Shown here piece after piece: positions 39,075-49,089 of a DNA stretch of 64,000 nucleotides. The notes beneath the pieces are model-generated. The model saw only the letters and a program-made list of their open reading frames with translations, did not search any database and was not told the origin of the DNA. This DNA is from Candidatus Thorarchaeota archaeon (GTDB lineage Archaea; Asgardarchaeota; Thorarchaeia; Thorarchaeales; Thorarchaeaceae): positions 1 to 64,000 of the forward strand of contig JBHLRS010000012.1 of the NCBI GenBank assembly GCA_048882325.1. The letters are read 5' to 3'. Made by a program: the position numbers and the translations under genes. How positions within the stretch are numbered: the first letter of the stretch is position 1; the number at the start of each line of letters is the position of its first letter.

Positions 39075-42000
39075 TCACTCTATCCTTTCAGGGAGGGCCT
39101 TCAGCATTTCTACTGTATCCACATCTTTTGAGATGACAAGGTAGCTGACTATGTCTGTGCTCTCACCGGGCTTTAATGCCCGTCTCTCACGGACCCCGAA
39201 TATCTGAGCCTTCTCGCTAAGCGTGTCAATGTACATCATTTCGTCAGATTTGTATGCAGAGATGATTCCTAATACCGTTCCATCACTCGGACTCTTGAGG
39301 GCACCCCAACCTGACCTACCCACAAACATGTCAACTCCACTTGTGTGTGGTTCATAGATTAGTCTGTGACCTTCTTTCTCTGTGTACACGAAACTACAAC
39401 CATCCCCACCAGGCATCGGGATTCCTCTGAACCCCAAGAGAGCACGCTTCCATTGTTTGCTGGTGTTTGAGAAAGACGCAGTCACACTCAGCAATGGTGT
39501 TCCTGGTAGTATAAGATATGTCATAGAAACCTCCACACCCTTTAGACCAGGACTATGTTGAAACGTTGAGGTTGTCTTGTATCCTACCCAGGGTCCAGAC
39601 TTCATATCGGATATGCTCCAGATTTCCTTTTGTAGAGCAGTTTCCCAGTCCCAGACATTCCAGCCTACAAACAATGGACTTAATCCACTATGGACCCGAT
39701 TTGACCACACCCAGGGGCCCACTTCTGGAAAGGTATCATAGAGTACACTCTTTGCTCCTTCTTCACCATATCTGACCAGAGTACCACCATGTTCGGGACA
39801 CGCTGATATTGAGTATCCACTAGTGTTGAGTGTATGTAGATGAACGCCCTCCACCTCGGTGATCTCTCTCTCGACAGTCGCTGAGGAATCGAAGACAACT
39901 GCAGTCAGTGGCAGCCTGAAGATTCTTGACTTAAAGCGAATCTCAATCTCTCCATTCTTTCGGAACCACGTGGATTCATCGGATACTGATATTCTCAGAG
40001 GATAGGCAAAGGGCTTGTCGAGACCAATCTCCTCAGCCTTGAACTCAATCTCACTCTTACCGTCCACAGTCAGACCATCTGGCAGTCTGAGCCGAAACTC
40101 AGCACCTATGGGGGTTTCATGGATAAGACGCAGGCGAAGTTCATGTTCGTTCTCCTTTGCCTTATCGACAAGGATTGGACTTGGAACTTTCCTCATTTGA
40201 CTACTGCTTTTGGGAGTAATTTCCACTTCTAGATCTGACCTGATGTCAACAATCTCTGTTACTGGATCAATTATACCATTCAGTTCTCTGTAGAGTGCTC
40301 GAACCTTACGCCAATCGCCATCCCCAATATACATGCTAAGAGGTTTCTTTGTGATTGTTTCACCTGGCTCCAAGTCAGGCAAACTATATTCTACTCGAGA
40401 AACGTCCCAACCTCGAATGAGTCGCGCATCCTTAGCGTGTTCTGATTCCCAGATGTAGCCAATGAGGTATCTCTCTTGATGTCGATGCATTGCCATCCAT
40501 GACTCATGATATTCCTTTGCAGGCTTTGGTAACTGTCTCCAACCACCCCAGTCTACCGAATCTAAACAATAGATACTTCCACGTAGAGGTACATATCCCT
40601 GATCGAAGACTCCTCCGAACCAGCCAATGCAACGCAAACCAAAGTTCTCAATAGGGGACGTGCCCCGATTTTCGAGCTTGGAGATGGTTTCGAGAAGATT
40701 AGGTCCAGAGTGTAGACGATAAGTAAGCGTTTGATGAAGTCCAGCTCGCTCTTGATAGTCCCCCGTGAGTCGGACATCTGCATACTCTGTGCAATACTCC
40801 AACTCAATCTTTGGAGTGAGACGGCTCCATTCACCGCCTTCACCTGGAAAAGGATACCCTACTTCTACACCCATCACACTCCAACCGCCAACATACCTAT
40901 TCAATGGTTTATACTCGAAGCCAACAAAGCCCTGTGTAGGACGAGTGTTCATTATCGCGCGGATGTCCTGTGTTTCAAGAATCACCCTGTCATCCATACT
41001 CTTGTATGCAACCGCTCCTTTCATTCCTAAAACAGGAATGTTGAATTGCTTTGAAACAACTGTAACAAGGGATCCTTCATCCTCTAGACTGAGCGAAAAG
41101 CCAAGTGAGAGGAGGTGACCAATTTCTCCTTCAACCTCAATCGAGAGGGTTTCTTCAAAGACCTGTCCAGGTTTCAACTTAAACGGAATTTTTAGAGGTG
41201 TGACCTTTACCTGCTCAGGTGGTGAGAGAACCATCTCTCCTTTGAGATCTACACTTGTGTTGTTCCTAGCCCCTAGACCAACTTCTTCATTACCTAAAGG
41301 TCTCAGAGTGGGATATAATGGGCCAGGTGTCACCGTCACAGCCTCAGCCGGGATGAGACCACTATAGAGTGTGATTGACTGTTCGCCTAGTTCGATGGAC
41401 CACTCTCCATAGGTCGGGACCTTCTCATCAGCATTTGTTTCTCTTTCAATTGGTCGTGCAGTATTTGAGATTGAATAATGGCCAGTGGTCTTGAAAGATT
41501 CTCCGGCAGGAACAACACCAGCGCTATTTTCAGAAAGATGGATGTCTACATTCTTCTCTGGCGTGACACTGATGTTATAGGAAAGATCCGTTTCACGACC
41601 ATTCTCAATTGTAAGTTCAACCGGAACCTTCCCATATCCAATGTATCCTGTATGGACTGAAGGTTGGACTTTGGCAGATAGTGTCTGACCGCCCAGAGAC
41701 AAGTGAAAGCCACAGATACCCTTTGCCTCTCTATCTACTGTGATATCTAGAAGGTCACTGTTCTCACCTTCAAAATGATACTTGAATACACCAATATCAT
41801 TCTCAACAATATCATCCACTTCTTGACGTATCTCTCGTTTAAATGAATCATACCAGTGATATTTCTCAAAGAAGTCCTTAAACATGGGATTTCCGATTAT
41901 CCCTGGAATATGTGACTCCATGAGGACTCTGGTTCCTGGCACCCAATTGTAGCCAGTCCGCTTGTAGAGTGGAAGTGCCTTCAGGTTTCCAGCCCAAGTG

Positions 42001-42380
42001 TGAAGGTCGATTCTCCGTTTTCCAGCATCAGCAGCTGTCTGAGCAGCCTCAATCAATAGAGCCTTTCCAAATCCCTGTTTCTGGTATTGGGGGTTCACAC
42101 CTAAGAGACCCACATATGCTGCTTCTTTGTCTAGACTTGCTTCACACACATTACAATGTCCTACTATCTTGTCTTCTGTGTGAGCCACAATCACGCGAAT
42201 ATCTTTTCTCTTCTTCCAGTCATCAAGCACTCGTTGTGCAGTGAATGGATTGCCGCCTGTGAATCCTCCTGGCCAACTGTCAGAGTCATCGAAGGAGTTC
42301 AGGCATTCCGCAAGCCGACCACCATCTTCTAGTGTAAACTGGAAGTCGCGTACCTTACCTTGTGTATGTGTATCACTCAT
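39075..42380 (-). CDS. Large multidomain GNAT acetyltransferase
   Basis: VNPQYQKQGFGKAL, LHTWAGNLKALPLYKRTG; about 930 aa of beta-rich C-terminal domains; ATG 42380 (TTG 42407 alternative). Confidence 0.85.
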   Translation of the reverse strand: MSDTHTQGKVRDFQFTLEDGGRLAECLNSFDDSDSWPGGFTGGNPFTAQRVLDDWKKRKDIRVIVAHTEDKIVGHCNVCEASLDKEAAYVGLLGVNPQYQKQGFGKALLIEAAQTAADAGKRRIDLHTWAGNLKALPLYKRTGYNWVPGTRVLMESHIPGIIGNPMFKDFFEKYHWYDSFKREIRQEVDDIVENDIGVFKYHFEGENSDLLDITVDREAKGICGFHLSLGGQTLSAKVQPSVHTGYIGYGKVPVELTIENGRETDLSYNISVTPEKNVDIHLSENSAGVVPAGESFKTTGHYSISNTARPIERETNADEKVPTYGEWSIELGEQSITLYSGLIPAEAVTVTPGPLYPTLRPLGNEEVGLGARNNTSVDLKGEMVLSPPEQVKVTPLKIPFKLKPGQVFEETLSIEVEGEIGHLLSLGFSLSLEDEGSLVTVVSKQFNIPVLGMKGAVAYKSMDDRVILETQDIRAIMNTRPTQGFVGFEYKPLNRYVGGWSVMGVEVGYPFPGEGGEWSRLTPKIELEYCTEYADVRLTGDYQERAGLHQTLTYRLHSGPNLLETISKLENRGTSPIENFGLRCIGWFGGVFDQGYVPLRGSIYCLDSVDWGGWRQLPKPAKEYHESWMAMHRHQERYLIGYIWESEHAKDARLIRGWDVSRVEYSLPDLEPGETITKKPLSMYIGDGDWRKVRALYRELNGIIDPVTEIVDIRSDLEVEITPKSSSQMRKVPSPILVDKAKENEHELRLRLIHETPIGAEFRLRLPDGLTVDGKSEIEFKAEEIGLDKPFAYPLRISVSDESTWFRKNGEIEIRFKSRIFRLPLTAVVFDSSATVEREITEVEGVHLHTLNTSGYSISACPEHGGTLVRYGEEGAKSVLYDTFPEVGPWVWSNRVHSGLSPLFVGWNVWDWETALQKEIWSISDMKSGPWVGYKTTSTFQHSPGLKGVEVSMTYLILPGTPLLSVTASFSNTSKQWKRALLGFRGIPMPGGDGCSFVYTEKEGHRLIYEPHTSGVDMFVGRSGWGALKSPSDGTVLGIISAYKSDEMMYIDTLSEKAQIFGVRERRALKPGESTDIVSYLVISKDVDTVEMLKALPERIE

Positions 42381-42458
42381 GAGCGTTGTCCTCTCAGAAA
42401 TCGTCAATCAAGCCGACTAGAAGTTGTTAAAGAGGTTTACGGACCAAGTACTTCCTGA

Positions 42459-43103
42459 TTACATATCTTCCCTAGCAGCTGCTTTTTTTGCTTCTTTTTC
42501 TTCCTTTGCTTTCTCCCGAAAATAATCCTCCATCTTCTGTTCTAGAGCAATTATGTACTTCACATCAGAGTATTTTGTTTGCACAAAGAGTTCAAAGATA
42601 CCAAAGAGGATGAGCATGAGAAATACATGAAGGAAGAGCAATCCTAAGTATATGATGGTAATCAGTTCAAGTATTTGAGCGAAATCACCAGCTAAATCTA
42701 AGATGAATGAAGCGGCCCTCGTCCAGATCATTTGGGTGACTATCAAAGAGATATATCCTGAAATCAGAAGCTCATAACGATGTATTCGATAATACTGTAA
42801 GAACCGATCGGTCTCAAACTCAGGAATCATGCTAATTCTAGTGATATAAGGAATAAACTGATTCTGAAACCATGTGGTTCCGGTAGTAATCCCATAGAAA
42901 CCACCAGTAATTGCCAGTAGTAATGGAGGCATTGCACCAAGGCGCAACCCCCAAGACACCCATCCTTCGGAGAGACTCAGAATCGAGATAATAATACCAA
43001 TGATGATGTGAGCGACAAAAACGTAGAGGTGATAGGGATCGGGCTTTGGATGTTCAAGTTCAGACCATTCATATTCTCGCCCTTCACTATCTCCAGAGTC
43101 CAC
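42459..43103 (-). CDS. Hypothetical membrane protein (4 TM)
   Basis: Four hydrophobic segments, charged C-terminal tail. Confidence 0.7.
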   Translation of the reverse strand: MDSGDSEGREYEWSELEHPKPDPYHLYVFVAHIIIGIIISILSLSEGWVSWGLRLGAMPPLLLAITGGFYGITTGTTWFQNQFIPYITRISMIPEFETDRFLQYYRIHRYELLISGYISLIVTQMIWTRAASFILDLAGDFAQILELITIIYLGLLFLHVFLMLILFGIFELFVQTKYSDVKYIIALEQKMEDYFREKAKEEKEAKKAAAREDM

Positions 43104-43280
43104 TTCAGAACCTCCGAGGGATTTGAAGTAGATAGTGTAGTATGTCTATTAATCCATCGTTGCGTCAAGTCCATTCCTTTCCAAGCTTTATGTGACGTTG
43201 CACATCTGAAAATAGAAAATATCTACTGTGAGAGTGAAAGAAAAAGAAGAGAAGTGAGGGGAAATCCCCCCAAATCAAAA

Positions 43281-44042
43281 CTAAGTAAAGATGGCGTCTA
43301 TGCCACCAGTCGAGGTTTCAATGACAACAGTGAGTGTCTGTGAAGCTGTGTCATAGTCCGATGACTCGTAGTGGTTAGAGGTAATCTGTGTCCAACCAGT
43401 AGCAGTGATGTCAACACTACCAATGCCAGTGGCACATTCCACACTTCCTCCAATACCAATCGGAAGATCGACAATGACTTTGACACCGCCTGTGGTAGCT
43501 TCCAAGTCAAATGTGGCATTACCTACTAGGACAACAGCATCAGTCATCCCAAAATCAATACCACCAGTCTCCGTTAAGATTGAAATGTCTGCGACATGTG
43601 CGCCAGCAACCAGATCAACATCGACACCACCTGTTGAAACATCTACATCAATAGTATAGTTGAGACCACTTCCAAGTGTGATATTCACACCAGCAGCTGT
43701 ATAGTCAAGTGCGATGATGTTACTCGTAAAGGTGACTGATGGCGCTCCATCCCTCTCCAGAGTAGTGTTCTGGACCCGCATTTCAATGTCGTACAACAGA
43801 GTAGCATTGTCCACGAATGTTATTGCGACACCACCTGTTGCTAGGTTGATGTCCAAGGTTACTGTACCAGTGGTGGCTCCGACCTCAGCATCAAATGAGA
43901 AGTCGGTGGAAGCTGTACTCCAGTTAAACCAGCTATTGCCATAGAAGGATAGTGCTCCTACCCCAATAGCGCCTATAATAATAACTGCAAATATACAGAC
44001 AACCATGCTTGTGTTTCTTTCATAATTACTCATTTCATACAC
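43281..44042 (-). CDS. DUF4097/LiaG-like beta-strand repeat membrane-anchored protein
   Basis: N-terminal TM; repeated xTGGV/I motifs (ATGGV, STGGV, ETGGI, TTGGV, STGGI). Confidence 0.75.
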   Translation of the reverse strand: MYEMSNYERNTSMVVCIFAVIIIGAIGVGALSFYGNSWFNWSTASTDFSFDAEVGATTGTVTLDINLATGGVAITFVDNATLLYDIEMRVQNTTLERDGAPSVTFTSNIIALDYTAAGVNITLGSGLNYTIDVDVSTGGVDVDLVAGAHVADISILTETGGIDFGMTDAVVLVGNATFDLEATTGGVKVIVDLPIGIGGSVECATGIGSVDITATGWTQITSNHYESSDYDTASQTLTVVIETSTGGIDAIFT

Positions 44043-44661
44043 CTTTTCTGTGAGACCTTAGGAATGCGTGCCATTTCGACCTCAGGTCTCTATATTGCGA
44101 ATCTTCTTCCAGAGCAAAGCGACGCATGATTCGCGAAGCATCGCCTCTAACAGAGGACTGCAGTCTATCGTAGTCCTCCTCATTCACGATAAGATTACGA
44201 GAACTAATTTCGTTCTCGTGATCTATCAATGCCGTCATCAGTTCCATGCCCTTCTCAACCTGATCCTCTGGAACATCTATACCATAGACTGAGAGGCTTC
44301 TAATTATGGACTTCAGGCGTTTTGTTGTGTCATCCCCAGTGGCTTGTACCATTTCACTGATACCCATCCTGTACTCACGTGCAGATGCCCGATAGTACCT
44401 CTGGACTATGCCTGTCTGAGTCTGTTCTGTTCGTTCTTCAAAGACAAGACCAACCTCCTTCAGCTTCTGTATATGGTGAAGGATAGTACCTGGATTCTTG
44501 CCTGTCACCTCTGATAACTGTTTGACCGTCATCGAGTCTTTCACGAGATAGTCGAACATTATCTTGGCTCGTGTTGGCTCCATTAGTAGTTTGATCAGGT
44601 TCTTGTCTTCAATAACTTCCATGTCTTTTATTCGTCGTTTTCGTTTTTTGGAGCCGCTCAT
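44035..44661 (-). CDS. ArsR/HTH_20-like winged-helix transcriptional regulator
   Basis: EPTRAKI...MTVKQLS...PGTILHHIQKLKEVGLV...YYRA. Confidence 0.88.
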   Translation of the reverse strand: MSGSKKRKRRIKDMEVIEDKNLIKLLMEPTRAKIMFDYLVKDSMTVKQLSEVTGKNPGTILHHIQKLKEVGLVFEERTEQTQTGIVQRYYRASAREYRMGISEMVQATGDDTTKRLKSIIRSLSVYGIDVPEDQVEKGMELMTALIDHENEISSRNLIVNEEDYDRLQSSVRGDASRIMRRFALEEDSQYRDLRSKWHAFLRSHRKGV

Positions 44662-44663
44662 TT

Positions 44664-45623
44664 TTACAGTCCTCCTATAAAGGTTGGACCACTCTCATCT
44701 TCATCTTCTGTGAGGATGTAGTCTTCGTCATCTGCCGATAGAATCATGTATGCTCTTGTGAGACCTATGGACAAGGCAGGTAGTAGAATGAATATCAAGA
44801 ATAAGATCATTACAAGTGCGTAGATTCCCAGGGCTACTAGGATAGAGGTGAGTCCGATGTTGTTCCACAAGAATGGAGTTGCCATGAGTATCAATGGTGC
44901 AATGAGTGCAAGGATGAGGATGATGTAGGACAACCACACTCCAAACACTCGATCAAAGTACTTGATTCCCATGCTAACTGACTTCTTTGCTGCAGCAATA
45001 ACCGAATGACCATCGATTATGGCAGGGAACATCATTGTCATCAATCCTGAACTAAATGTGAACCATACAACACCAAGGGCAGCGAGAATTGGATTCATTG
45101 AACCTATTGTTCCTCCACCAATGAATGCAAGATTCAGGATTTGATCTCCAAACAAGGCCACTCCGCCTATGATGACTAACATGACAGGTCCCAGAATGAA
45201 GAGGAACACCATGATTCCTCCACCTGCGAGTGAGAAGAATTTCTTTCTATACCATGTAAAGACACCCTCTGCGGAGGTTCCTTCACTTTCCACTATCTCG
45301 CGGCTCATCCCGAAAAGCGCTCCAGTTGCTACAAAGAATGGCGCAACAAAGGGGAGTGCCAGGAGAAAGATGCCAGTAGCGATTGTTAGTCCGTTTGCAG
45401 TATTCCAGGTATTGAATGACTCTGCCCAGATTGTAAAGCCTTCAATGCCCCCTGGAGTCAGAAACATTGGAACAAATACAAACGCCGCTACGATAGCTAT
45501 AAGGATGAAGGTGACGATAAAGACTCCAAAAATCGCAAGCACGTAGGAAATCACGTTTTTCATTGCAAACCTAATGCTGATCTTCAGGTCATCAAGAAGA
45601 GTCTGAAAGCTCGCGTTTTTCAT
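44664..45623 (-). CDS. Membrane protein, paralog of 45703..46611
   Basis: Multiple TMs; LDDLKISIRFA, GALFGMSRE, YFDRVFG shared with neighbour. Confidence 0.8.
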   Translation of the reverse strand: MKNASFQTLLDDLKISIRFAMKNVISYVLAIFGVFIVTFILIAIVAAFVFVPMFLTPGGIEGFTIWAESFNTWNTANGLTIATGIFLLALPFVAPFFVATGALFGMSREIVESEGTSAEGVFTWYRKKFFSLAGGGIMVFLFILGPVMLVIIGGVALFGDQILNLAFIGGGTIGSMNPILAALGVVWFTFSSGLMTMMFPAIIDGHSVIAAAKKSVSMGIKYFDRVFGVWLSYIILILALIAPLILMATPFLWNNIGLTSILVALGIYALVMILFLIFILLPALSIGLTRAYMILSADDEDYILTEDEDESGPTFIGGL

Positions 45624-45650
45624 TGTTTATTCACTCCGATAAAGTTGGTA

Positions 45651-45689
45651 GGAGAGTGTCTTATCAGTTTCCATCAAAGGACACTCTCC
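45651..45689. other. Intergenic stem-loop between the paralogous membrane genes
   Basis: ggagagtgtc-N19-gacactctcc, a perfect 10-bp inverted repeat. Confidence 0.6.
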
Positions 45690-45702
45690 AGATTCATCGC
45701 AC

Positions 45703-46611
45703 CTAGACGATGGGCATATCGACAACACTCTGTGTTGCGATCTCTCCACCAGTGAGTTCTTGGTATACCTTAACCCAGGCGATCCTAACCATAGGCAAGA
45801 ACAGCAAGAGCCAGAGAAACACCATAATCACTGTGTAGAGTCCAACAGCTACGAATAGTGGGACGAATGCCAGCGCGACTGATGGTAGAGTCGAAGCAAA
45901 GCTTAGACCAACGGCGATAACAGGACCGACGGTGGCGGCTAGTAATAGTACAATAGCAGTCAACAGACCGTATACACGATCGAAGTACTGGATGGAAAGA
46001 GAGAATGATTCCCTAAAGGCGTCCTGTACACCTTTACCACTAACAACAGCAGGCCAGACCAGTGAAGTCAAACCAGCGGTGAAGTACACCCACACAAATG
46101 TGAATGCAGCGAGGAGGTAGGAGGCTGGCGCGGTTATTACGTAACCCATCGCATATGAGGTGAGTCCCCAAGCGATGGTTGGTGGCAACAGAACAATGAT
46201 AGTGAGAATAGCTCCAGCACCAATGAATGGTAGGAACTTGTGACGGAGATAGGAGAATGCTAGCTCAGCCTTTGTTTCACCCTTAGTGACCAGATCGTGA
46301 CTCATCCCGTAGATTGAGCCGCTAACAACCATGAAGAGTGAGATGAGAGGGACTAAAACCAGAAGACCGATTCCTCCGGCGAGGAGTGGGTTGGCAGCGG
46401 CCCAGTCAGCTAGAGCACTCATTGTGGCGTTTGTGAATGGCGCGAGGGCAACCCATACTACTACGAGTACGGGGATTGCGATGATTCCAAGAAGAATCAC
46501 CATGACGATCAACATGCCTAGATTAGCAAGGAAATAACTTAGCATGCTCTTCCAAGCAAGCTTGAGGCTTGTCTTCATATCGTCGAGAATGGTTCCGAAA
46601 GTTGTAGACAT
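45703..46611 (-). CDS. Membrane protein, paralog of 44664..45623
   Basis: LDDMKTSLKLA, GSIYGMSHD, YFDRVYG. Confidence 0.8.
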   Translation of the reverse strand: MSTTFGTILDDMKTSLKLAWKSMLSYFLANLGMLIVMVILLGIIAIPVLVVVWVALAPFTNATMSALADWAAANPLLAGGIGLLVLVPLISLFMVVSGSIYGMSHDLVTKGETKAELAFSYLRHKFLPFIGAGAILTIIVLLPPTIAWGLTSYAMGYVITAPASYLLAAFTFVWVYFTAGLTSLVWPAVVSGKGVQDAFRESFSLSIQYFDRVYGLLTAIVLLLAATVGPVIAVGLSFASTLPSVALAFVPLFVAVGLYTVIMVFLWLLLFLPMVRIAWVKVYQELTGGEIATQSVVDMPIV

Positions 46612-46644
46612 TGTTTACACCATATTATTGTCCGCAAACGCTTA

Positions 46645-46739
46645 GCTTGTTACTTACCAAACGTTTGACACATATCAAACTATAACTCATTCCCTTATAA
46701 ATTGTTTGGTGAACGCCAAACGTATCAATAACATCAAAC
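46645..46739. promoter_or_regulatory. Two pairs of GTTTG-N8-CAAAC operators flanking a TATA-like element
   Basis: gcttg-ttacttac-caaac (46645), gtttg-acacatat-caaac (46663), gtttg-gtgaacgc-caaac (46704), gtatc-aataacat-caaac (46722); cttataaa at 46694. Confidence 0.75.
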
Positions 46740-47663
46740 GTTGGCCTTCTCGCGTTCTCTAACCATCTGAACTAGCTTCTTGTGACGATAGCTCGAGAAG
46801 TACTTGTGGTAACCCCCAATCAGAGCTTTCGCACTAGCCACATGCTTGTTCTGTCGAATTACCCGGACGGTTTCAGTGAGGTCGGTGAGATCATCAGCTA
46901 CAAGAAGAGTGAAGAGAATAGGCTCAGAGGCAGAGACATAGGTTTCCCAGTGCTTGAGAGCAAAGTCTTTACTCAACCAGTCGGTGATGGTCGAATAGGT
47001 GACCATCTTCTCGTCCCACGTGATTCTAACAATATATGGCAGACTTGTAGCAGCACCAAGCTCAGCCAAAGCGCTGAATCGGATAGCTCCACTCTCTTCT
47101 AGCTCTCTGATGAGTCGTCTCACTCTGCGAGCTGTTAGCCCAGTCTTCTGAGCGATTTCTACGATGGGAAGACGTGGATCCTCAAGGAGAGGTTCCAAGA
47201 CACGAAGATGAGTCTTGGTCAAATTCATCTTATCTCCCCAAGTTCGTATGAATGTGTGAAGCTCCGCTGTTTGTACACCATCAAGTGTCCTGAGAAATTT
47301 ACCAAGTTCCTGTAATTCTTGAAGACCGTTATACTCAGCCACCAACGCATAGACACCATCGGTGTAGGCTGCAGCGGCTAACACGTTCCTACTAGAACCT
47401 ATCTCGTCAACCATCTCGACCTCATCACGGGACCCATCGGTTTCAAGAAGTGCAAAGAGAAAATCAGTATCAGTCATTGCTGGTGAAAGTGCTATCGAGT
47501 ATCCAGAGATTACACCAGATTCTTCCAAGTTCATAATGCGTCGCCGAATTGCATTTGCGGATATTCCATACTTGCGTGAAAGTTCTTGGTAACTGATCCT
47601 ACAGTTCCGTCGTAGGTCAATCAGAATGCGCTTATCCAGTTCATCCAAGAGTCCCACTTCCAC
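46734..47663 (-). CDS. Tandem (double) Lrp/AsnC transcriptional regulator
   Basis: Two HTH+RAM units: LDELDKRIL...CRISYQELS and LTKTHLRVL...PRLPIVEIA. Confidence 0.88.
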   Translation of the reverse strand: MEVGLLDELDKRILIDLRRNCRISYQELSRKYGISANAIRRRIMNLEESGVISGYSIALSPAMTDTDFLFALLETDGSRDEVEMVDEIGSSRNVLAAAAYTDGVYALVAEYNGLQELQELGKFLRTLDGVQTAELHTFIRTWGDKMNLTKTHLRVLEPLLEDPRLPIVEIAQKTGLTARRVRRLIRELEESGAIRFSALAELGAATSLPYIVRITWDEKMVTYSTITDWLSKDFALKHWETYVSASEPILFTLLVADDLTDLTETVRVIRQNKHVASAKALIGGYHKYFSSYRHKKLVQMVREREKANV

Positions 47664-47732
47664 ATGAGCTTGCTATTCTCCTGTGGGCATGATATTGAAA
47701 TTTATGCATTCCTAACTACGCGCAGGTCAGAT

Positions 47733-48983
47733 TCATGTGGCAACAGTTTGACGAAGATGACTCAAAATGGCCTCTCCTGTAGAATACCTCTGTGTCTTGT
47801 TCTTCCGAGCATCATACACCACCCTCTCAATTGTTAAGTCTTGATCAATCTCCTCCAAAGCCTTGTTAATTTCAGAAAGTTGATCCTTTGATACGTATCG
47901 CTTGACTCCCATGGCTGTGAGGATTTTGTTACCATAACTTGTGAGCCAAAGAGGAAATAGATCTACTCTACCGGATCTGTCAAACAAAGTCACCTCCTGG
48001 ATTTCAGCTGGCCTACGTGACAAGACAGAAGGAATGAGGACACTACCCGGAGTCGTGGATAGCGCGTTTAAGTCGAAATAGAGGGTGCTGCCGCCACGCC
48101 TGAGTTGCGCATCAAGAAGATGTATCATCTCAGTGTATAGATGCTGAATGCCATTATCGTAAGACCCATCCTTCAGTAGGAGTTTTACAATATCTCGAAC
48201 CCTTCCATCGTAACATGCGAGTTCAGGCATACCAAATGCATCAAGGATAATCTTCTGGGCCTCAAACTCCACGCCAATTCTCAGTTTCTTTGATAGAGCC
48301 ACTAGATGCTTCTTGACTTCAGCCCATCCAAACTCAGTAACGAGCTCACGATATGATCTTGGCGAATATCTAATCTCTGTGTTCTTGTCATAAAGCCATT
48401 CTGGAACCTTTCCAGCCCTATAGTCTGTGAAGAATGCAAAGAGTCTGTCATTGAGGTTGGGAGGAACATTACTCATGAAGGAATCAATAACGAGTTTGGG
48501 TCTCTGCCCCCTGTGTCGCAGTTGGAGCACTGCAGAACTCAACTGCTTGAGCTGCATTAGTGGTGCGATATTGATCTTGGGAAAGGAGTTTTCCTGCAGG
48601 TAGAGGTAGACTAAGTTTTCACAACCAGCCAACGGTGTGAGGTCGACTTCCTTGAATCTATTATGAGACAGGTCTAAATGTCTTAGGTTCTTCAGGTTCT
48701 GAAGAGGTGTGAGGTCAATAGTTTCAAGCTTGTTCACGGCAACACTCAGATATTCAAGACTCTCACAACTTTCTAGGGGACTGAGGTCGATATCCGTTAA
48801 CCAGTTTCCACTGATATCAATTCGAATTGGGTTGCTTATGTCTTCAACCCACTTCAGGTTTGATTTTCGAAGGAAGAATTCACTTCCCTCATCCGCAGGA
48901 GTCTTGAAGATGAAATGATAGTTCCGGTTAGGTGCCTTTGCACAACGTACAACCAGTAATAGCTCATTCTGCATGTTACCCAC
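47733..48983 (-). CDS. Leucine-rich repeat protein
   Basis: LxxIDLxPLxxxxxLxxLxLxxN repeats (about 4-5) plus a helical C-terminal domain. Confidence 0.85.
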   Translation of the reverse strand: MGNMQNELLLVVRCAKAPNRNYHFIFKTPADEGSEFFLRKSNLKWVEDISNPIRIDISGNWLTDIDLSPLESCESLEYLSVAVNKLETIDLTPLQNLKNLRHLDLSHNRFKEVDLTPLAGCENLVYLYLQENSFPKINIAPLMQLKQLSSAVLQLRHRGQRPKLVIDSFMSNVPPNLNDRLFAFFTDYRAGKVPEWLYDKNTEIRYSPRSYRELVTEFGWAEVKKHLVALSKKLRIGVEFEAQKIILDAFGMPELACYDGRVRDIVKLLLKDGSYDNGIQHLYTEMIHLLDAQLRRGGSTLYFDLNALSTTPGSVLIPSVLSRRPAEIQEVTLFDRSGRVDLFPLWLTSYGNKILTAMGVKRYVSKDQLSEINKALEEIDQDLTIERVVYDARKNKTQRYSTGEAILSHLRQTVAT

Positions 48984-49089
48984 CTCTCCTGTATACTAGT
49001 CGATAGTTTCTGTATATTAAGCACCCAAAACTATCCAGACTGAGAACACTAATAGACATTCAAGCCAAAGGTTGAATGAAGTGATGTAG

